Source: Histomonas meleagridis 2922-C6/04-290x (taxonomy: Eukaryota > Protista > Parabasalia). From it: 64,000 nucleotides of DNA. The position numbers were made by a program, and so were the translations under genes. Under the pieces are notes generated by a model. It was given only the letters and a program-made list of their open reading frames with translations. It did no database searches and was not told the DNA's origin. The stretch is from assembly GCA_020184695.1 (NCBI GenBank), contig JAANOX010000186.1, positions 1 through 64,000 of the forward strand, written 5' to 3'. Shown one piece after another: positions 53,101 through 63,229 of this stretch (within the stretch, counting starts at the first letter, position 1; each line of letters starts with the position of its first letter).

Positions 53101-56100
53101 CGGTTTAGTTCAAACTGGTGGTTGGGGATGTTTTGATGAATTTAATCGTATTGAACCCGAAGTTTTATCTGTAATTTCTGGTCATATACGTATTATTCAA
53201 TCAGCTTTTAAAGCTGGTGCACGACAATTTGTATTTGATGGTCGAAAAATCCCATTAAATCCTGGATTCGGTATCTTTGTTACTATGAATCCTGGTTATG
53301 CAGGACGTTCTGAATTGCCGGATAACTTAAAGGCTATGTTTCGACCTGTCGTTATGGTTGTACCTAATACCGATTTGATATGTGAAGTTATGTTATTTTC
53401 GGAAGGTTTTGAAACTAATACACATATATTATCTAAGAAAATGATCACTATTTATTCTATGGCTTCTGGTCAATTATCGAAACAACATCATTATGATTGG
53501 GGTTTACGTGCAATTAAATCTGTTCTAGCTAGAGCAGGAGAACTTAAACGATTAAATCCTAATTTATCCGAAGAAGTTGTTTTGATGACAGCTATTCGAG
53601 ATATGAATATGCCCAAATTTACTTATGAAGATACTCCATTATTTTTAGGCTTATTAAATGATTTATTCCCTGATATTGAATTAGAAAATATCCATAAAAA
53701 TGTTTTGTCAGAAAAAATAGAAGAAATTTATAATGAAATGGGTTATTCAAAAGTACCTACGCAAATGGAAAAAATACTTCAATTACATGAAACTATGAAT
53801 GCACGTCATACAACTATGGTTGTAGGTGGTACAGGTGGTGGTAAATCAGTAATTATCGATGTATTAGCTAAAGCACAAACAAGAATTGGTATCTTAACAC
53901 GATTATTCACATTAAATCCTAAAGCTTATACAGTATCCGAATTATATGGTGTATTAGATCCGACTACAAGAGATTGGAAATGGGGCTTATTCTCTAAAAT
54001 ATTTAAAGATATTAATCAACAAACTGAAAAGAAAGAAGCTCGTTATATAGTATTTGATGGTGATGTAGATGCTGTTTGGGTCGAAAATATGAACTCTGTT
54101 ATGGATGATAATAAGTTATTAACATTAGCTAATTCAGAAAGAATTAGATTATTACCTCATTGTGCTTTATTATTTGAAGTCGGAGATTTACAATATGCGT
54201 CTCCTGCAACTATATCACGTTGTGGTATGGTTTATATGGATCCTCGAAATTTAGGTTGTGTTCCTTATTATGAAAGATGGTTAATACAAAAGAATCGACC
54301 TGAAAACACAATATTGAAAGGTTTATTCGAACGATATGTTAATTCTTGTGTTAATTTTATTAATGGTAAAGTTAATGATAATTTAACTTCAACTCCTTTA
54401 GAAACGATTATACCTATAACTTCTATATCAATGGTTAAACAATTATGTTCATTCTTAGATGCTTTATTGCCTGAAGAAGAAATTAAAGATACAGAAATAT
54501 TAGAATCATTATTTATATTTAGTATTATTTGGTCTTTTGGTGGTACTTTAACTACTGAATCTATGATAAAATTTGATCAATTTATTAAAAAATTATCAAA
54601 TTGGGTAATTATAGATACACCTGGAAAATTTGCTAAAGCTGGACAATTACCAGGTATTGATAATACTACATTATATGAATATGAATTTAATATACAAAAA
54701 CAACAATGGATACCTTGGAATATTAAAATTAATGATTATGAAATCCCATTAAATATACAATTTAATCAAATTATTATCCCAACAATTGATACTATACGTA
54801 ATCAATATATATTAGAAAAAATTGTTAATAAATCAAATCAACCAATTTTATTCATAGGTAAAAGTGGTACAGCAAAAACTTCTACAATACAAAACTTTTT
54901 AAGTTCTTTTGATCCGAATGATTATTTAACTAAAACATTAAACTTTTCTAATTGTACTACTTCAATGGATGTCCAAACTTCTATTGAAGAATCATTAGAT
55001 AATCCTACAAAAGATACATCAGTACCTCAAGGAGGTAAAAACATGATATTATTTATTGATGATATTAATATGCCAACAGTAGATAAATATGGTACACAAC
55101 AACCTATAGCTTTATTAAAGCTTTTAATCGAACGAAATGGAATGTATGATCGAAAAGGAGATTTAACTTGGAAACAAGTACAAAAAATTTCGTATATTTC
55201 TGCAATGGCACCACCAGGAGGTTCTCGAGCTTTATTAGATCCACGATTTGTTTCATTATTTAATGTATTTCATATTGTACCACCATCAGATGAATCTTTA
55301 CATCATATATTTAATACTATTTTAAAGAATCATATTAAGAATTTCTCGGATGAAATTCAACAAATTTATCCAAAAATTACTGATTCAACTTTAATATTCT
55401 TTAATGATATTGTTACTAAATTACCACCAACACCTTCAAAGTTCCATTATTTATTTAACTTAAGAGATTTATCAAGAGTTTTCGAAGGTATATGTAAATC
55501 TACACCTTCTAAATTTAATACTTTAGGTAAATTTATAAAATTATGGAGAAATGAATGTTTAAGAGTATTTCATGATCGATTAATTAATGAAAATGATCGG
55601 AAATTTGTAATCGATAAAATCGAAACATTAATTAATGATAATTTTAATAATGTTAAAGATGAAGCTATACAAAACCCAAGTTTATTTGGTGATTTTATTG
55701 TAGAAAGTGGTAGTGATGGACCATATTTATATCAAGATTTAATTAGTTATGAAAATCTGAAACAACATTTTGTAGAAATAATTGAAGATTATTCAATATC
55801 TAAGAAAGTGAAATCGAATATAGTATTATTTGATTATGTTATTGAACATTTAACACGTATATTGCGTATTATTAAAACTCCACGTGGTAATGCTTTATTA
55901 ATAGGAATTGGAGGTAGTGGTAAAAAATCATTAACAAAATTAGCTGCTTATACAGTAGGATATGAAATATTTGAAATTACTTTAACTAGAACTTATAATA
56001 TAAATGATTTTAAAGATGATTTAAAGAAACTTTATCATTTAGTAGGTATTGAACGTAAACAAGTTGTGTTTTTATTCTCAGATAACCATATTATCTCTGA

Positions 56101-59100
56101 AACATTTTTAGAATTAATTAATAACATGTTAACTAATGGAATTATTCCAGGATTATTTACACAAGAAGATAAAAATGATATCATGCCACATGTATCAGAA
56201 GATGTAATTCGAAAAGGTTTAATAGAAACACCTGAAAATTGTTGGAAAGTATTCATAGATAGATGTAGAGATAATTTACATATTGTTTTATGTTTCTCTC
56301 CTTCTGGTGATAATCTTCGAAGAAGATGTCGAGATTTCCCAGGATTAGTTAATAATACTGTCATTGATTGGTTTGATCCATGGCCTAATGAAGCATTATT
56401 TGAAGTATCAAAATATTTCTTAGAACAATTAGAAAACGACACGACAAATGTTAATTCAAATCAAATCATTCCAAAAGATATTTTCGAACAAGTAATTAAT
56501 CATATGGTATTTGCACATCAACAATGTGTTAAATATTCAATTGAATTCTCGACTATTTATAGAAGATATGTACATATTACACCTACGAATTTTTTGGATT
56601 ATATTTCTACTTTTATTAAATTATTAAAAGATAAAAAACAATATATAGAACAACAACTTCAAATATTATCTGATGGTTTAAAGAGACTTGTATCAGCTTC
56701 AAAAGAAGTTGAAGAATTAGATGCCAGATTTAAGATACAACAAAAGAATTTAACATATAAAGAATTCGAAAATAATAAATTAATGAGAGAACAAACTGAA
56801 AGAAAAGTATTAACAGAACAAAAAATGCAAGAAGCTTCAATTAAAGAACAAGAAATTAAAGAAAACTTAGAACATATTAAAGTTGCAAAAATAGCAGCAG
56901 AAAATGCATTAGAAGAAGCTAAACCTATACATGAGAAAGCTAAACAAGCAGTTTCTAAAATCGATTTAGGGGAATATGCTAAGTTTAAATCAATGGCTTC
57001 ACCACCAGAGATTAGTACTGAAATTGGTAAATTAATATGTGCATTCTTTAATGAAACGGAAGGAGAAGAAAGTTGGTCAAATGCACGTAAATATATGGCG
57101 AAGCCATCATTTTTAAATGATATGAAAGAATTTAATGTACGAGAGAAATGTACTAATGATCGTAAAATGAAAAGAATTCAACAATATATTAAATCATTAG
57201 AATCTAGATCAAATGAAATCCAAAGAGCAGGAAATTCTGCTCGAATTATATTCGAATGGTGTCAAAACATATATGCATATTATGAAATTGATAAAAATGT
57301 TAAACCTAAAGAACAATTAGTAGATAAAATGGAAAATGAACAAAAGAAATCACAAAATGATTTCATACGAATTAAAAAGGAATTACAAGAATTACAAGAA
57401 GAACAAAATAAAGTTACTCTTAAATTAAAACAAGGTCAACAAGAACAAGAAGAATTAAAACGTCAAAAAGATCAATTAGAACAACGTTTATTAGCAGCAC
57501 AAAAATTAATTTCTGGATTTTCTTCTGAGAAAATTCGTTGGACTGAAGATAAAGAGAATTTACAAAAACTTTTGAATTATTTAATTGGTGATTGTTTATT
57601 ATCATCAATCTTTTTAAGTTATTTAGGACCTTTAAATCATGAATATCGTAATAAGATTTTATTTGATATCTTAAAGAAAGATTTAATTGATAGAAATATC
57701 CCAATTAATAATAACTTTAATTTAGGTTTATTCTTATCAGATGAAGCTGAAATTTTTGGTTGGAAAGGTGAAGGTTTACCTGCGGATGAATTAAGTATAC
57801 AAAATGGTTTATTAATTACACGATCGAATAAATTCCCATTATGTATCGATCCTCAATTACAAGTTGTACATTGGATTAAACAACATATTGGTGAGAAACA
57901 ATTAAAAATTACTAATTTCCAAGATCCTGAATTTTCACGAATATTAGAAAATGCAATACAATATGGATTAATAGTCTTATTTGAAGGAATTGATGAATTT
58001 ATAGATCCTATATTAACACCATTATTAGAAAAGAATATTATATCACAAGGATCGAGAAAATTCATTAAATTTAATGATAAAGAATTAGATTATGATGAAA
58101 ACTTCAAAATATTTTTAACTACAAAACTTTCATCACCGAATTATTCACCTGAAATATCATCGAAAGTTACATTAATTAATTGTTGTGTAACAGAGAAAGG
58201 TTTACAAGAACAATTATTAGATATAACAATTTCTAATGAACATAAAGAATTACATGAACAAAAGAATTCATTAGTTAAAGAAACTTCTGATATGAAAAGA
58301 AGACTTCAAACATTACAAAAGACTTTATTAAAATTATTATCAGAATCTACTGGTTATATTACTGATAATGATCAATTATTAGCAACGTTAGAAGAAACTA
58401 AAAATGAAGCTACAACAATTACATCTAAACTTGATACAGCACAAAAGACTACAATTGAATTAGATAATTTATGTAATGAATTTTTACCTGTTGCTAAACG
58501 TGGTTCAATATTATTCTTTAGTATGAATAACTTAAATTTAATCAACTCAATGTATGAATATTCATTATCTTCATTTAGTGAAGTATTTATTAGTTCATTA
58601 AAACGTGCTGCACCTACACCTGTAATATCAAAGCGAATTCAAAACATTATTTCAGTATTGACGCACGATGTCTTTGAATATGTTTTGAAGGGATTATTCG
58701 AACGTCATAAATTAATGTATGCATTTCATATGACTTTATGTATCAAAAGAGAAGAAGGAAAAATTAATTCAACAATATTAGATTTCATACTTAAAGGGAA
58801 TATATCATTAGAAAAAAGTAATGAACAAAATCCATTTCCGAAATGGTTACCAGAACAAAGTTGGGAAAACATTAATAAGTTAATAACAATTGATGAAAAC
58901 TTCAAAAACTTAAAAGAAGATTTAATTGAAAATGAAGAAATTTGGCATGAATACTTTAATGAAGCTACACCAGAAACTACAAAATTACCATTAAATTATG
59001 AAACAACATTAGATGACTTATCAAAGATGTGTATTTTGCGATGTTTTCGACCTGATCGATTATTTTTATCAGCACGAAATTATATCATTGAAAATATGGG

Positions 59101-60994
59101 TGAAAGTTATTCTAAATTCCCGATAATTAATTATCAAGCATTATTCGATCAATCTTCACCACAAACGCCAATTCTATTTATACTTTCACCTGGTTCAGAT
59201 CCGGCTAATGAAGTATATAAATTAGCTGATAAACTTGGATTTTTAGGTGATGAGAATGGTGTACAAGGTATTCAAGGTCGAACGAATAGAGTTAAATCAA
59301 TAGCTTTAGGTCAAGATCAAGAAGAACCAGCTAAGAACTTAATACAAACAGGGGCGAATAGAGGGCATTGGGTTATATTACAAAATTGTCATTTATTAAC
59401 TTCATGGCTTAAAGAATTAGAGAAATTAATCGAAAAATGTACTGTTCGACCTAATCCTGATTTTCGATTATGGTTAACATCTGATCCAACAAACAAATTC
59501 CCTGTTGGCTTATTACAAAGATCACATAAAATTGTTATCGAGCCTCCATCCGGATTACAATTAAACATGAAACAATTATTCTCAACAATTACTGAAGAAC
59601 AATTTAATGAATGTCCACATTTCGCTTTCCAACCTTTAGTTTATGTATTAACTTTCTTCCATGCAGTTATCCAAGAAAGACGTAAATATGGAAAATTAGG
59701 TTGGAACATTTCATATGATTTTAATATGTCTGATTTTACTATTTCATTTAAATTGTTATCAACATATTTAACAAAGGCATATGATAATAAAGATAATTTA
59801 ATCCCTTGGGGATCATTACGTTATTTAATTGGAGAGGCTATGTATGGAGGTCGTGTTACTGATGATTTCGATAGAAGAATTTTAATGACTTATTTGGATG
59901 AATATATGGGAGACTTCTTATTCGATGATTTTCAAGTGTTTAACTTCTTTAAGGATAATGAAAAGTCTTATGACTTACCAAAAGTTAAAGGATTAAATGA
60001 ATATATTAATTATATTGATAACTTACCAATAATTACTTCTCCTGATGTATTCGGATTGAACTTAAACGCTGAAATTAATTATTACCAAGATACTTCTCGT
60101 GAAATGTGTAATAATATATTAAATATTAATAGTAATACAATAAATACATTAAACAGAATTAGCAAAGAATCTCAGGTATCTTCAATAGTATCTGAAATTC
60201 AACTTAAACTAAAGCCTCCATTCAATTTAAACGAAGTTCGCTCTTCCTTTGGTAATGATATTACTCCAATACAAATCGTTTTAATTCAAGAATTGGAACA
60301 TTGGAATAAACTAGTCAATTGTATCACAAATTCACTTTTTGAATTACAACGAGCACTTTTGGGTGAAGTTTCAATGTCAAATGACTTGGAGGAGCTGATG
60401 AATTCAATACACTTGGGGCGGTTACCCGAGTCGTGGAGAAAACTCGCCCCGATAACAGAAAAGTCTTTGTCTGATTGGTTAATACATTTCCAACGTCGTA
60501 GAGAACAATATGAAGATTGGTATTTAAATGGTGAACCTAAGGTTATGTGGCTATCTGGATTACATGTACCTGAAGCTTACTTAACAGCATTATTACAAAC
60601 TGCTTGCAGAGCTAAGGGTTGGCCACTAGATAAGGCGACTTTAATGATAACTGTTTCATCTTATAAAAATTCATCACAAGTATTGACAAAACCTACACTT
60701 GGATGCTATTTAAGTGGAATGTATTTGGAAGGTGCAAGTTGGGATATCGAAAAAAGATGTTTAGTCCAACAAAAACCAAAAGAAATTGTTACGGAATTAC
60801 CTTTGTTAAAAGTTACGCCAATGGAAATTAATAAGGTCAGAACTCAAAATATGCTGAAAACACCAATTTACTTGACACAAATGAGAAGAGATGCAATGGG
60901 AGTGGGCTTAGTGCAGACAGCTTATTTGGAAACAACAGAACATAAAAGTTTTTGGATTTTACAAGGAGTAGCAATTACTATGAATATAAGATAA
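47195..60994 (+). CDS. Axonemal dynein heavy chain, DNAH10 / inner-arm I1(f)-alpha-like
   Basis: 4599 aa with long N-terminus; P-loops GPAGTGKT, GGTGGGKS, GKSGTAKT and GIGGSGK. The P2/P3 pattern resembles DNAH10. No interruptions. Confidence 0.9.
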   Translation: MMKQEALFNDERLEWIKNQLVLGLDLNGVPNEQLVEVLTKYELADFLNGKTNNTAVVFVAIDKIKEMEVEEDQQEEEEEEEDVQSIIQEDPQEYSTEQNNAKEETTEETTEETPEKNENNDQASQINEEEEQKNEEKTEEEEKKEVITHVIDLAFYFDNIPSIPQNSRVMAFYSLLGPRKPIPRDRNKIGGCFSFQVIPGNCLEGLSDCLNNVYTPIFSEHCDSPPERPDSDPLSSGIDDDFLSVFQKFVDEINHSVRKIRTVHDITFPETIPGDPEELAKNEEYVSKLEQGLDQFTSLISRTIDKLTKQGHESSGPLAEVELWRSRYIVSSSLLEQLKSPKLPEYVKVLDLINSQSLTNFNAQFEDLDRYVKEAKSNVDFLSLLERHFRNLQTCPLQTIYNSLSSIMDNLRLIWITSNYYNTESLMAPLIERISHQLSDRVQQEISTEILRGNLEEAIQQTETAYNVLTRWHDRFNEVRLLIEKSTHIPRWDFEQSRLFERPLYIADRCRELKQIAEKLNELYLILGPELKSVTNNPHVIDEIRAQVDDLITPLSPLPFDIFDKRFRAPWETVFNRFLGAALKIQEQLSGLINTSFKDLRSSEAGLDLLDRFKKIQLAGEMKDQMDGKYSDVLAKYSEEVTEIEKIYKEQRLNPPILSHHPPVTGRISWARSLFIRMKKPMLRLRTHPQITENPNFESVKQHYAEVAKLIDKQNMQLFQEWSSKTESISNNALEKPILKSIKITLYGVTINQHSVNFDPDLQQLINEGKHLERMGYTLSSDVINVLLQYPHYMKLQRSLESLLNDWNNTLNSLNSDEIPILIGCMRSVEEVFSDGTTYLNWNSLGVNDFLTRCQHAIHQFKSAANSVLSNVQKINKSIKFIGDCITIPSKIPSNIDSIFDFSDYIINYHKQKQKEILSQYLDIPPQLRIIEGNCLSIPTKQQNLIQKNLSEYYLLWEKRLLNAMTRSTLLSLIQLQLLMEIPQFQIVARLTPPNISYNPTFEIIYKIFNKLIKLILTTSNNCIKWKKGTCIIPLQQNNNNNEENEEELLNFGNDVIECEKVKSLSNDLQNKIENLIKEIEEKSKIFDFYKNIWLDDKKAIVENFKQQNPSIAEYDSKFSYYKNLYEEISELPTNINIMFTKIDYKPIIDSLKSECNQYLVTYGNALSEQLLENVKNMDNELNKYQTNMKHEIKEREDIEFVLQVINTAKDSSVQMERDMYEINESSRTLKIFGLTQPEGTAKLIPTFKERWNNIMDESSKLDISLQHTKEQFKEYTINEVQEFKKEVQQFLEKFEKEGPGNPNTPMEKGLDLVLKYRKELKEYCQRRDDFHIAEKLFGIPLTSFPQLQIIETSLNSYQQIYQLYDNQEKTMNEWASMLWSEVDVNMLINGIDGFEMSLRKLPHELRGLPPYEYLKKKISTFKESLPLFQDLKNEALRERHWNEMMVKAGAGIDFQPNAVTLANIFKMNLLQYADVINEVTNTATKELIIEKGIQEISDVWNKMRFTVIPYKRNPYSNEERGYILSGIEDILTTLDDNKMKLQSLSSSRFVTYFQKSVHEWEIILSKIGDLINIWLQVQLKWMYLESIFIGSEDIKQQLPEEANEFANIDLIWNRLMQDTRKNTLIISAVKTPDKLNTLQNFAIRLDKCQRSLSEYLETKRIAFPRFFFISDDELLSILGSGDPSSVQQHMIKLFENCESLIFKNQRNTYNVIGMTSCEKESFNFKNNILAEGAVEEWMLNVEHEMQKTLYQIMKEAVISYVKMPRTEWIQQYIGMVVLMVSQIWWTYEVEESFRQVRSGNKLAMKEMRTKMINQINDIVKLIRSNLDKLTRKKINTLIIIDVHERDLVDGFVRDSILDSHEFQWESQLRYYWDHSQDDVLIRQCTGSFQCGYEYMGLNGRLVITPLTDRCIMTLTQALSMGFGGSPAGPAGTGKTETVKDLAKAMCRLCNVFNCGEGLDHKAMARIFSGLVQTGGWGCFDEFNRIEPEVLSVISGHIRIIQSAFKAGARQFVFDGRKIPLNPGFGIFVTMNPGYAGRSELPDNLKAMFRPVVMVVPNTDLICEVMLFSEGFETNTHILSKKMITIYSMASGQLSKQHHYDWGLRAIKSVLARAGELKRLNPNLSEEVVLMTAIRDMNMPKFTYEDTPLFLGLLNDLFPDIELENIHKNVLSEKIEEIYNEMGYSKVPTQMEKILQLHETMNARHTTMVVGGTGGGKSVIIDVLAKAQTRIGILTRLFTLNPKAYTVSELYGVLDPTTRDWKWGLFSKIFKDINQQTEKKEARYIVFDGDVDAVWVENMNSVMDDNKLLTLANSERIRLLPHCALLFEVGDLQYASPATISRCGMVYMDPRNLGCVPYYERWLIQKNRPENTILKGLFERYVNSCVNFINGKVNDNLTSTPLETIIPITSISMVKQLCSFLDALLPEEEIKDTEILESLFIFSIIWSFGGTLTTESMIKFDQFIKKLSNWVIIDTPGKFAKAGQLPGIDNTTLYEYEFNIQKQQWIPWNIKINDYEIPLNIQFNQIIIPTIDTIRNQYILEKIVNKSNQPILFIGKSGTAKTSTIQNFLSSFDPNDYLTKTLNFSNCTTSMDVQTSIEESLDNPTKDTSVPQGGKNMILFIDDINMPTVDKYGTQQPIALLKLLIERNGMYDRKGDLTWKQVQKISYISAMAPPGGSRALLDPRFVSLFNVFHIVPPSDESLHHIFNTILKNHIKNFSDEIQQIYPKITDSTLIFFNDIVTKLPPTPSKFHYLFNLRDLSRVFEGICKSTPSKFNTLGKFIKLWRNECLRVFHDRLINENDRKFVIDKIETLINDNFNNVKDEAIQNPSLFGDFIVESGSDGPYLYQDLISYENLKQHFVEIIEDYSISKKVKSNIVLFDYVIEHLTRILRIIKTPRGNALLIGIGGSGKKSLTKLAAYTVGYEIFEITLTRTYNINDFKDDLKKLYHLVGIERKQVVFLFSDNHIISETFLELINNMLTNGIIPGLFTQEDKNDIMPHVSEDVIRKGLIETPENCWKVFIDRCRDNLHIVLCFSPSGDNLRRRCRDFPGLVNNTVIDWFDPWPNEALFEVSKYFLEQLENDTTNVNSNQIIPKDIFEQVINHMVFAHQQCVKYSIEFSTIYRRYVHITPTNFLDYISTFIKLLKDKKQYIEQQLQILSDGLKRLVSASKEVEELDARFKIQQKNLTYKEFENNKLMREQTERKVLTEQKMQEASIKEQEIKENLEHIKVAKIAAENALEEAKPIHEKAKQAVSKIDLGEYAKFKSMASPPEISTEIGKLICAFFNETEGEESWSNARKYMAKPSFLNDMKEFNVREKCTNDRKMKRIQQYIKSLESRSNEIQRAGNSARIIFEWCQNIYAYYEIDKNVKPKEQLVDKMENEQKKSQNDFIRIKKELQELQEEQNKVTLKLKQGQQEQEELKRQKDQLEQRLLAAQKLISGFSSEKIRWTEDKENLQKLLNYLIGDCLLSSIFLSYLGPLNHEYRNKILFDILKKDLIDRNIPINNNFNLGLFLSDEAEIFGWKGEGLPADELSIQNGLLITRSNKFPLCIDPQLQVVHWIKQHIGEKQLKITNFQDPEFSRILENAIQYGLIVLFEGIDEFIDPILTPLLEKNIISQGSRKFIKFNDKELDYDENFKIFLTTKLSSPNYSPEISSKVTLINCCVTEKGLQEQLLDITISNEHKELHEQKNSLVKETSDMKRRLQTLQKTLLKLLSESTGYITDNDQLLATLEETKNEATTITSKLDTAQKTTIELDNLCNEFLPVAKRGSILFFSMNNLNLINSMYEYSLSSFSEVFISSLKRAAPTPVISKRIQNIISVLTHDVFEYVLKGLFERHKLMYAFHMTLCIKREEGKINSTILDFILKGNISLEKSNEQNPFPKWLPEQSWENINKLITIDENFKNLKEDLIENEEIWHEYFNEATPETTKLPLNYETTLDDLSKMCILRCFRPDRLFLSARNYIIENMGESYSKFPIINYQALFDQSSPQTPILFILSPGSDPANEVYKLADKLGFLGDENGVQGIQGRTNRVKSIALGQDQEEPAKNLIQTGANRGHWVILQNCHLLTSWLKELEKLIEKCTVRPNPDFRLWLTSDPTNKFPVGLLQRSHKIVIEPPSGLQLNMKQLFSTITEEQFNECPHFAFQPLVYVLTFFHAVIQERRKYGKLGWNISYDFNMSDFTISFKLLSTYLTKAYDNKDNLIPWGSLRYLIGEAMYGGRVTDDFDRRILMTYLDEYMGDFLFDDFQVFNFFKDNEKSYDLPKVKGLNEYINYIDNLPIITSPDVFGLNLNAEINYYQDTSREMCNNILNINSNTINTLNRISKESQVSSIVSEIQLKLKPPFNLNEVRSSFGNDITPIQIVLIQELEHWNKLVNCITNSLFELQRALLGEVSMSNDLEELMNSIHLGRLPESWRKLAPITEKSLSDWLIHFQRRREQYEDWYLNGEPKVMWLSGLHVPEAYLTALLQTACRAKGWPLDKATLMITVSSYKNSSQVLTKPTLGCYLSGMYLEGASWDIEKRCLVQQKPKEIVTELPLLKVTPMEINKVRTQNMLKTPIYLTQMRRDAMGVGLVQTAYLETTEHKSFWILQGVAITMNIR

Positions 60995-61943
60995 TAAAGT
61001 GATTAATAAAGTATTTTTAATATGCATTCGAATTTCATTTAATATAATGTTGTGAGTAATTATTTCCTGATGAAACTCATTCATGTTTAAATTTTATCAA
61101 AAAGAATCTCTTCAAATGAAGAGCAAGAAATAGGAACACATAAAAAGTTTTATATATAGAACTTCAAGTTATTAAAAGAATTTTAAAAATTGTAAAACCT
61201 GTGATAAGAATGAGTAGTTATTTCAATATTATCTGTAAATTGTAATAGATTAATAACTATTTTATTAAGGCTGTACTCAATATCACTAAACTTAAGGCCA
61301 TTGATTTATTACAAAACTTCACTCATTTAACTTATAATCCACAATATTTACAAATCTTTTAATTTCTGATCAAAGAACTTCAGATAATAAATGAGGAACG
61401 TATTAAGAACACGTATGAACTTTATACATAGGAAAAAAGATTGAGAAAACACTTAACACGCTAAGTAGTTTTCTTTTTTAATCAATAAACATGTGATCAA
61501 GTAAAGACAAATTCGAAAAGAATTACTTATCTTTAAGTATTAATAAAACAATTCAAAATCTGTGTACACATGTTAGAAAACAAAATGAATAGTAGATTAA
61601 AACTATGAACAAAAAGGAAAGAATTATAATTTGAACAGGAGAAACAAATTACAAAAACTGAATTCTATTTCTGTTGGCAAAATCGAATACTTCTTATCAC
61701 AATTAAAATAAAAACAAACAGCTAGAAATGATACTGGTGAAATTACAAAAAGACATATTTAACTCAACTAAATATGTGCAGAATACCAAATAAAGAATTG
61801 ATGACAAGATAAAGTACAATACATCACAACAATGTATATCGTAAAGATATGAGATTTATTTATGAAATTAAACTTCGCTTCGTAATGATTTTTCTTTATT
61901 TTTGGCTGATTTAAGTAAACTGTCACTTTTGTATCTGGTCAAA

Positions 61944-63176
61944 ATGTTTTTTCTAACTTTCTTGTCATTATCGGTATCACATAGAATTTTAGCATTACTT
62001 TCTTCAAAAGGCGATGAAGATAAATACGCTACATTCTTTGATGACTTAAAATCACTCAATTGCGAAATCACATTTTCGACATGCGAAAAGAAACAAGTTT
62101 ATCTCGAACGCTTTGGACAAAAAATATATGACACAGTTGTTATAATGTGCGGTAAATCAGGTTGTTTAGGTAACAATGCAGAAGATCTTTTCGAATTTGT
62201 TGATAATGGTGGCAATGCATACGTTTTTTCATCAGAACAAGGTAGCGAACTTCAAGACAAAATTTATAGACATCTCAACCTTCGCGTTATTAGTTCCAAT
62301 AAAATGACAGACATTTATGGAAACAAGGAAATTGTTCTTCGTAAAATTGTAGCCCCACCACAAATTATTTCCAAACCAGTTAATCCACTTGTTTATGAAG
62401 GTGGTTATTCAACAATTGATCGCCCTAATGATTTCCGTTTTCCAATTGTTGTTGGTGGTCTTGAGCATACTCCATCTACACCAGATCTTGTATCATATTC
62501 ACCACATGTTGCCAATGATTTAATTCCGATATCAGCATTTCAAGCACGAAATGGTGGACGTATCGTAATTATCCATTCATCAACCTTTGCTCTTGACATC
62601 ACCATGCAGAAAGATGTCACTCTTTCCGAAAGCATGGGCAAACTTAGTGCACCAATTCCAAATGGAAATCGCGATCTTCTTAAACAACTTAGCGAATGGC
62701 TTATCCATTACAAGAACCATGTTAAAATCGTCGAGGCAAGCCACTGCGATGCTGCCACTGGAGAAACTCCCGTTCAGTACCACATCAAGCAAAACGTGAC
62801 CGTTAACGCCCATGTTGTCTACACCGATAGGGGCGAATGGAAGAATTACACCGAAAGCGATGTTCAAGTTGAAGTATTTATGCTCGGTGTTTTTGTAAGG
62901 AGACATATGAAGATGATTGAACCTGGCCATTATCAAGAAACGCTTATGCTCCCAGATCGTGCAGGTAACTTCAAGATCAAAGTATTCACAGATAAAGAAG
63001 GATGGATGAATGCGAGAGAAGAAATGGCAATCGCAATAAGGCCACTTGCAATACGCGAGAAGGAGAAGTTCTTATATTGCGCGCAGCCATACCAAGTTTC
63101 GATGATGTTAATAATGGCCGCCGCTTTTCTCGCCGCAGTTCACTTCCTTTATCACAAGCCACAACAAATGAATTAA
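61944..63176 (+). CDS. Oligosaccharyltransferase 48-kDa subunit (OST48/WBP1/DDOST-like)
   Basis: Signal peptide at ATG 61944; FQARNGGRIV, LPDRAGNFKIKV, IRPL..REKEKFL.CAQPY, C-terminal TM. Confidence 0.85.
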   Translation: MFFLTFLSLSVSHRILALLSSKGDEDKYATFFDDLKSLNCEITFSTCEKKQVYLERFGQKIYDTVVIMCGKSGCLGNNAEDLFEFVDNGGNAYVFSSEQGSELQDKIYRHLNLRVISSNKMTDIYGNKEIVLRKIVAPPQIISKPVNPLVYEGGYSTIDRPNDFRFPIVVGGLEHTPSTPDLVSYSPHVANDLIPISAFQARNGGRIVIIHSSTFALDITMQKDVTLSESMGKLSAPIPNGNRDLLKQLSEWLIHYKNHVKIVEASHCDAATGETPVQYHIKQNVTVNAHVVYTDRGEWKNYTESDVQVEVFMLGVFVRRHMKMIEPGHYQETLMLPDRAGNFKIKVFTDKEGWMNAREEMAIAIRPLAIREKEKFLYCAQPYQVSMMLIMAAAFLAAVHFLYHKPQQMN

Positions 63177-63229
63177 ACAAAATCACATTTATCTTTTTAT
63201 TTTTTTGTTTATTGAACATGAAAAAAATT

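Noticed and set aside
61000-61900. A-rich spacer after dynein resembling decayed coding sequence
   Set aside because: No motif or frame long enough to assign.
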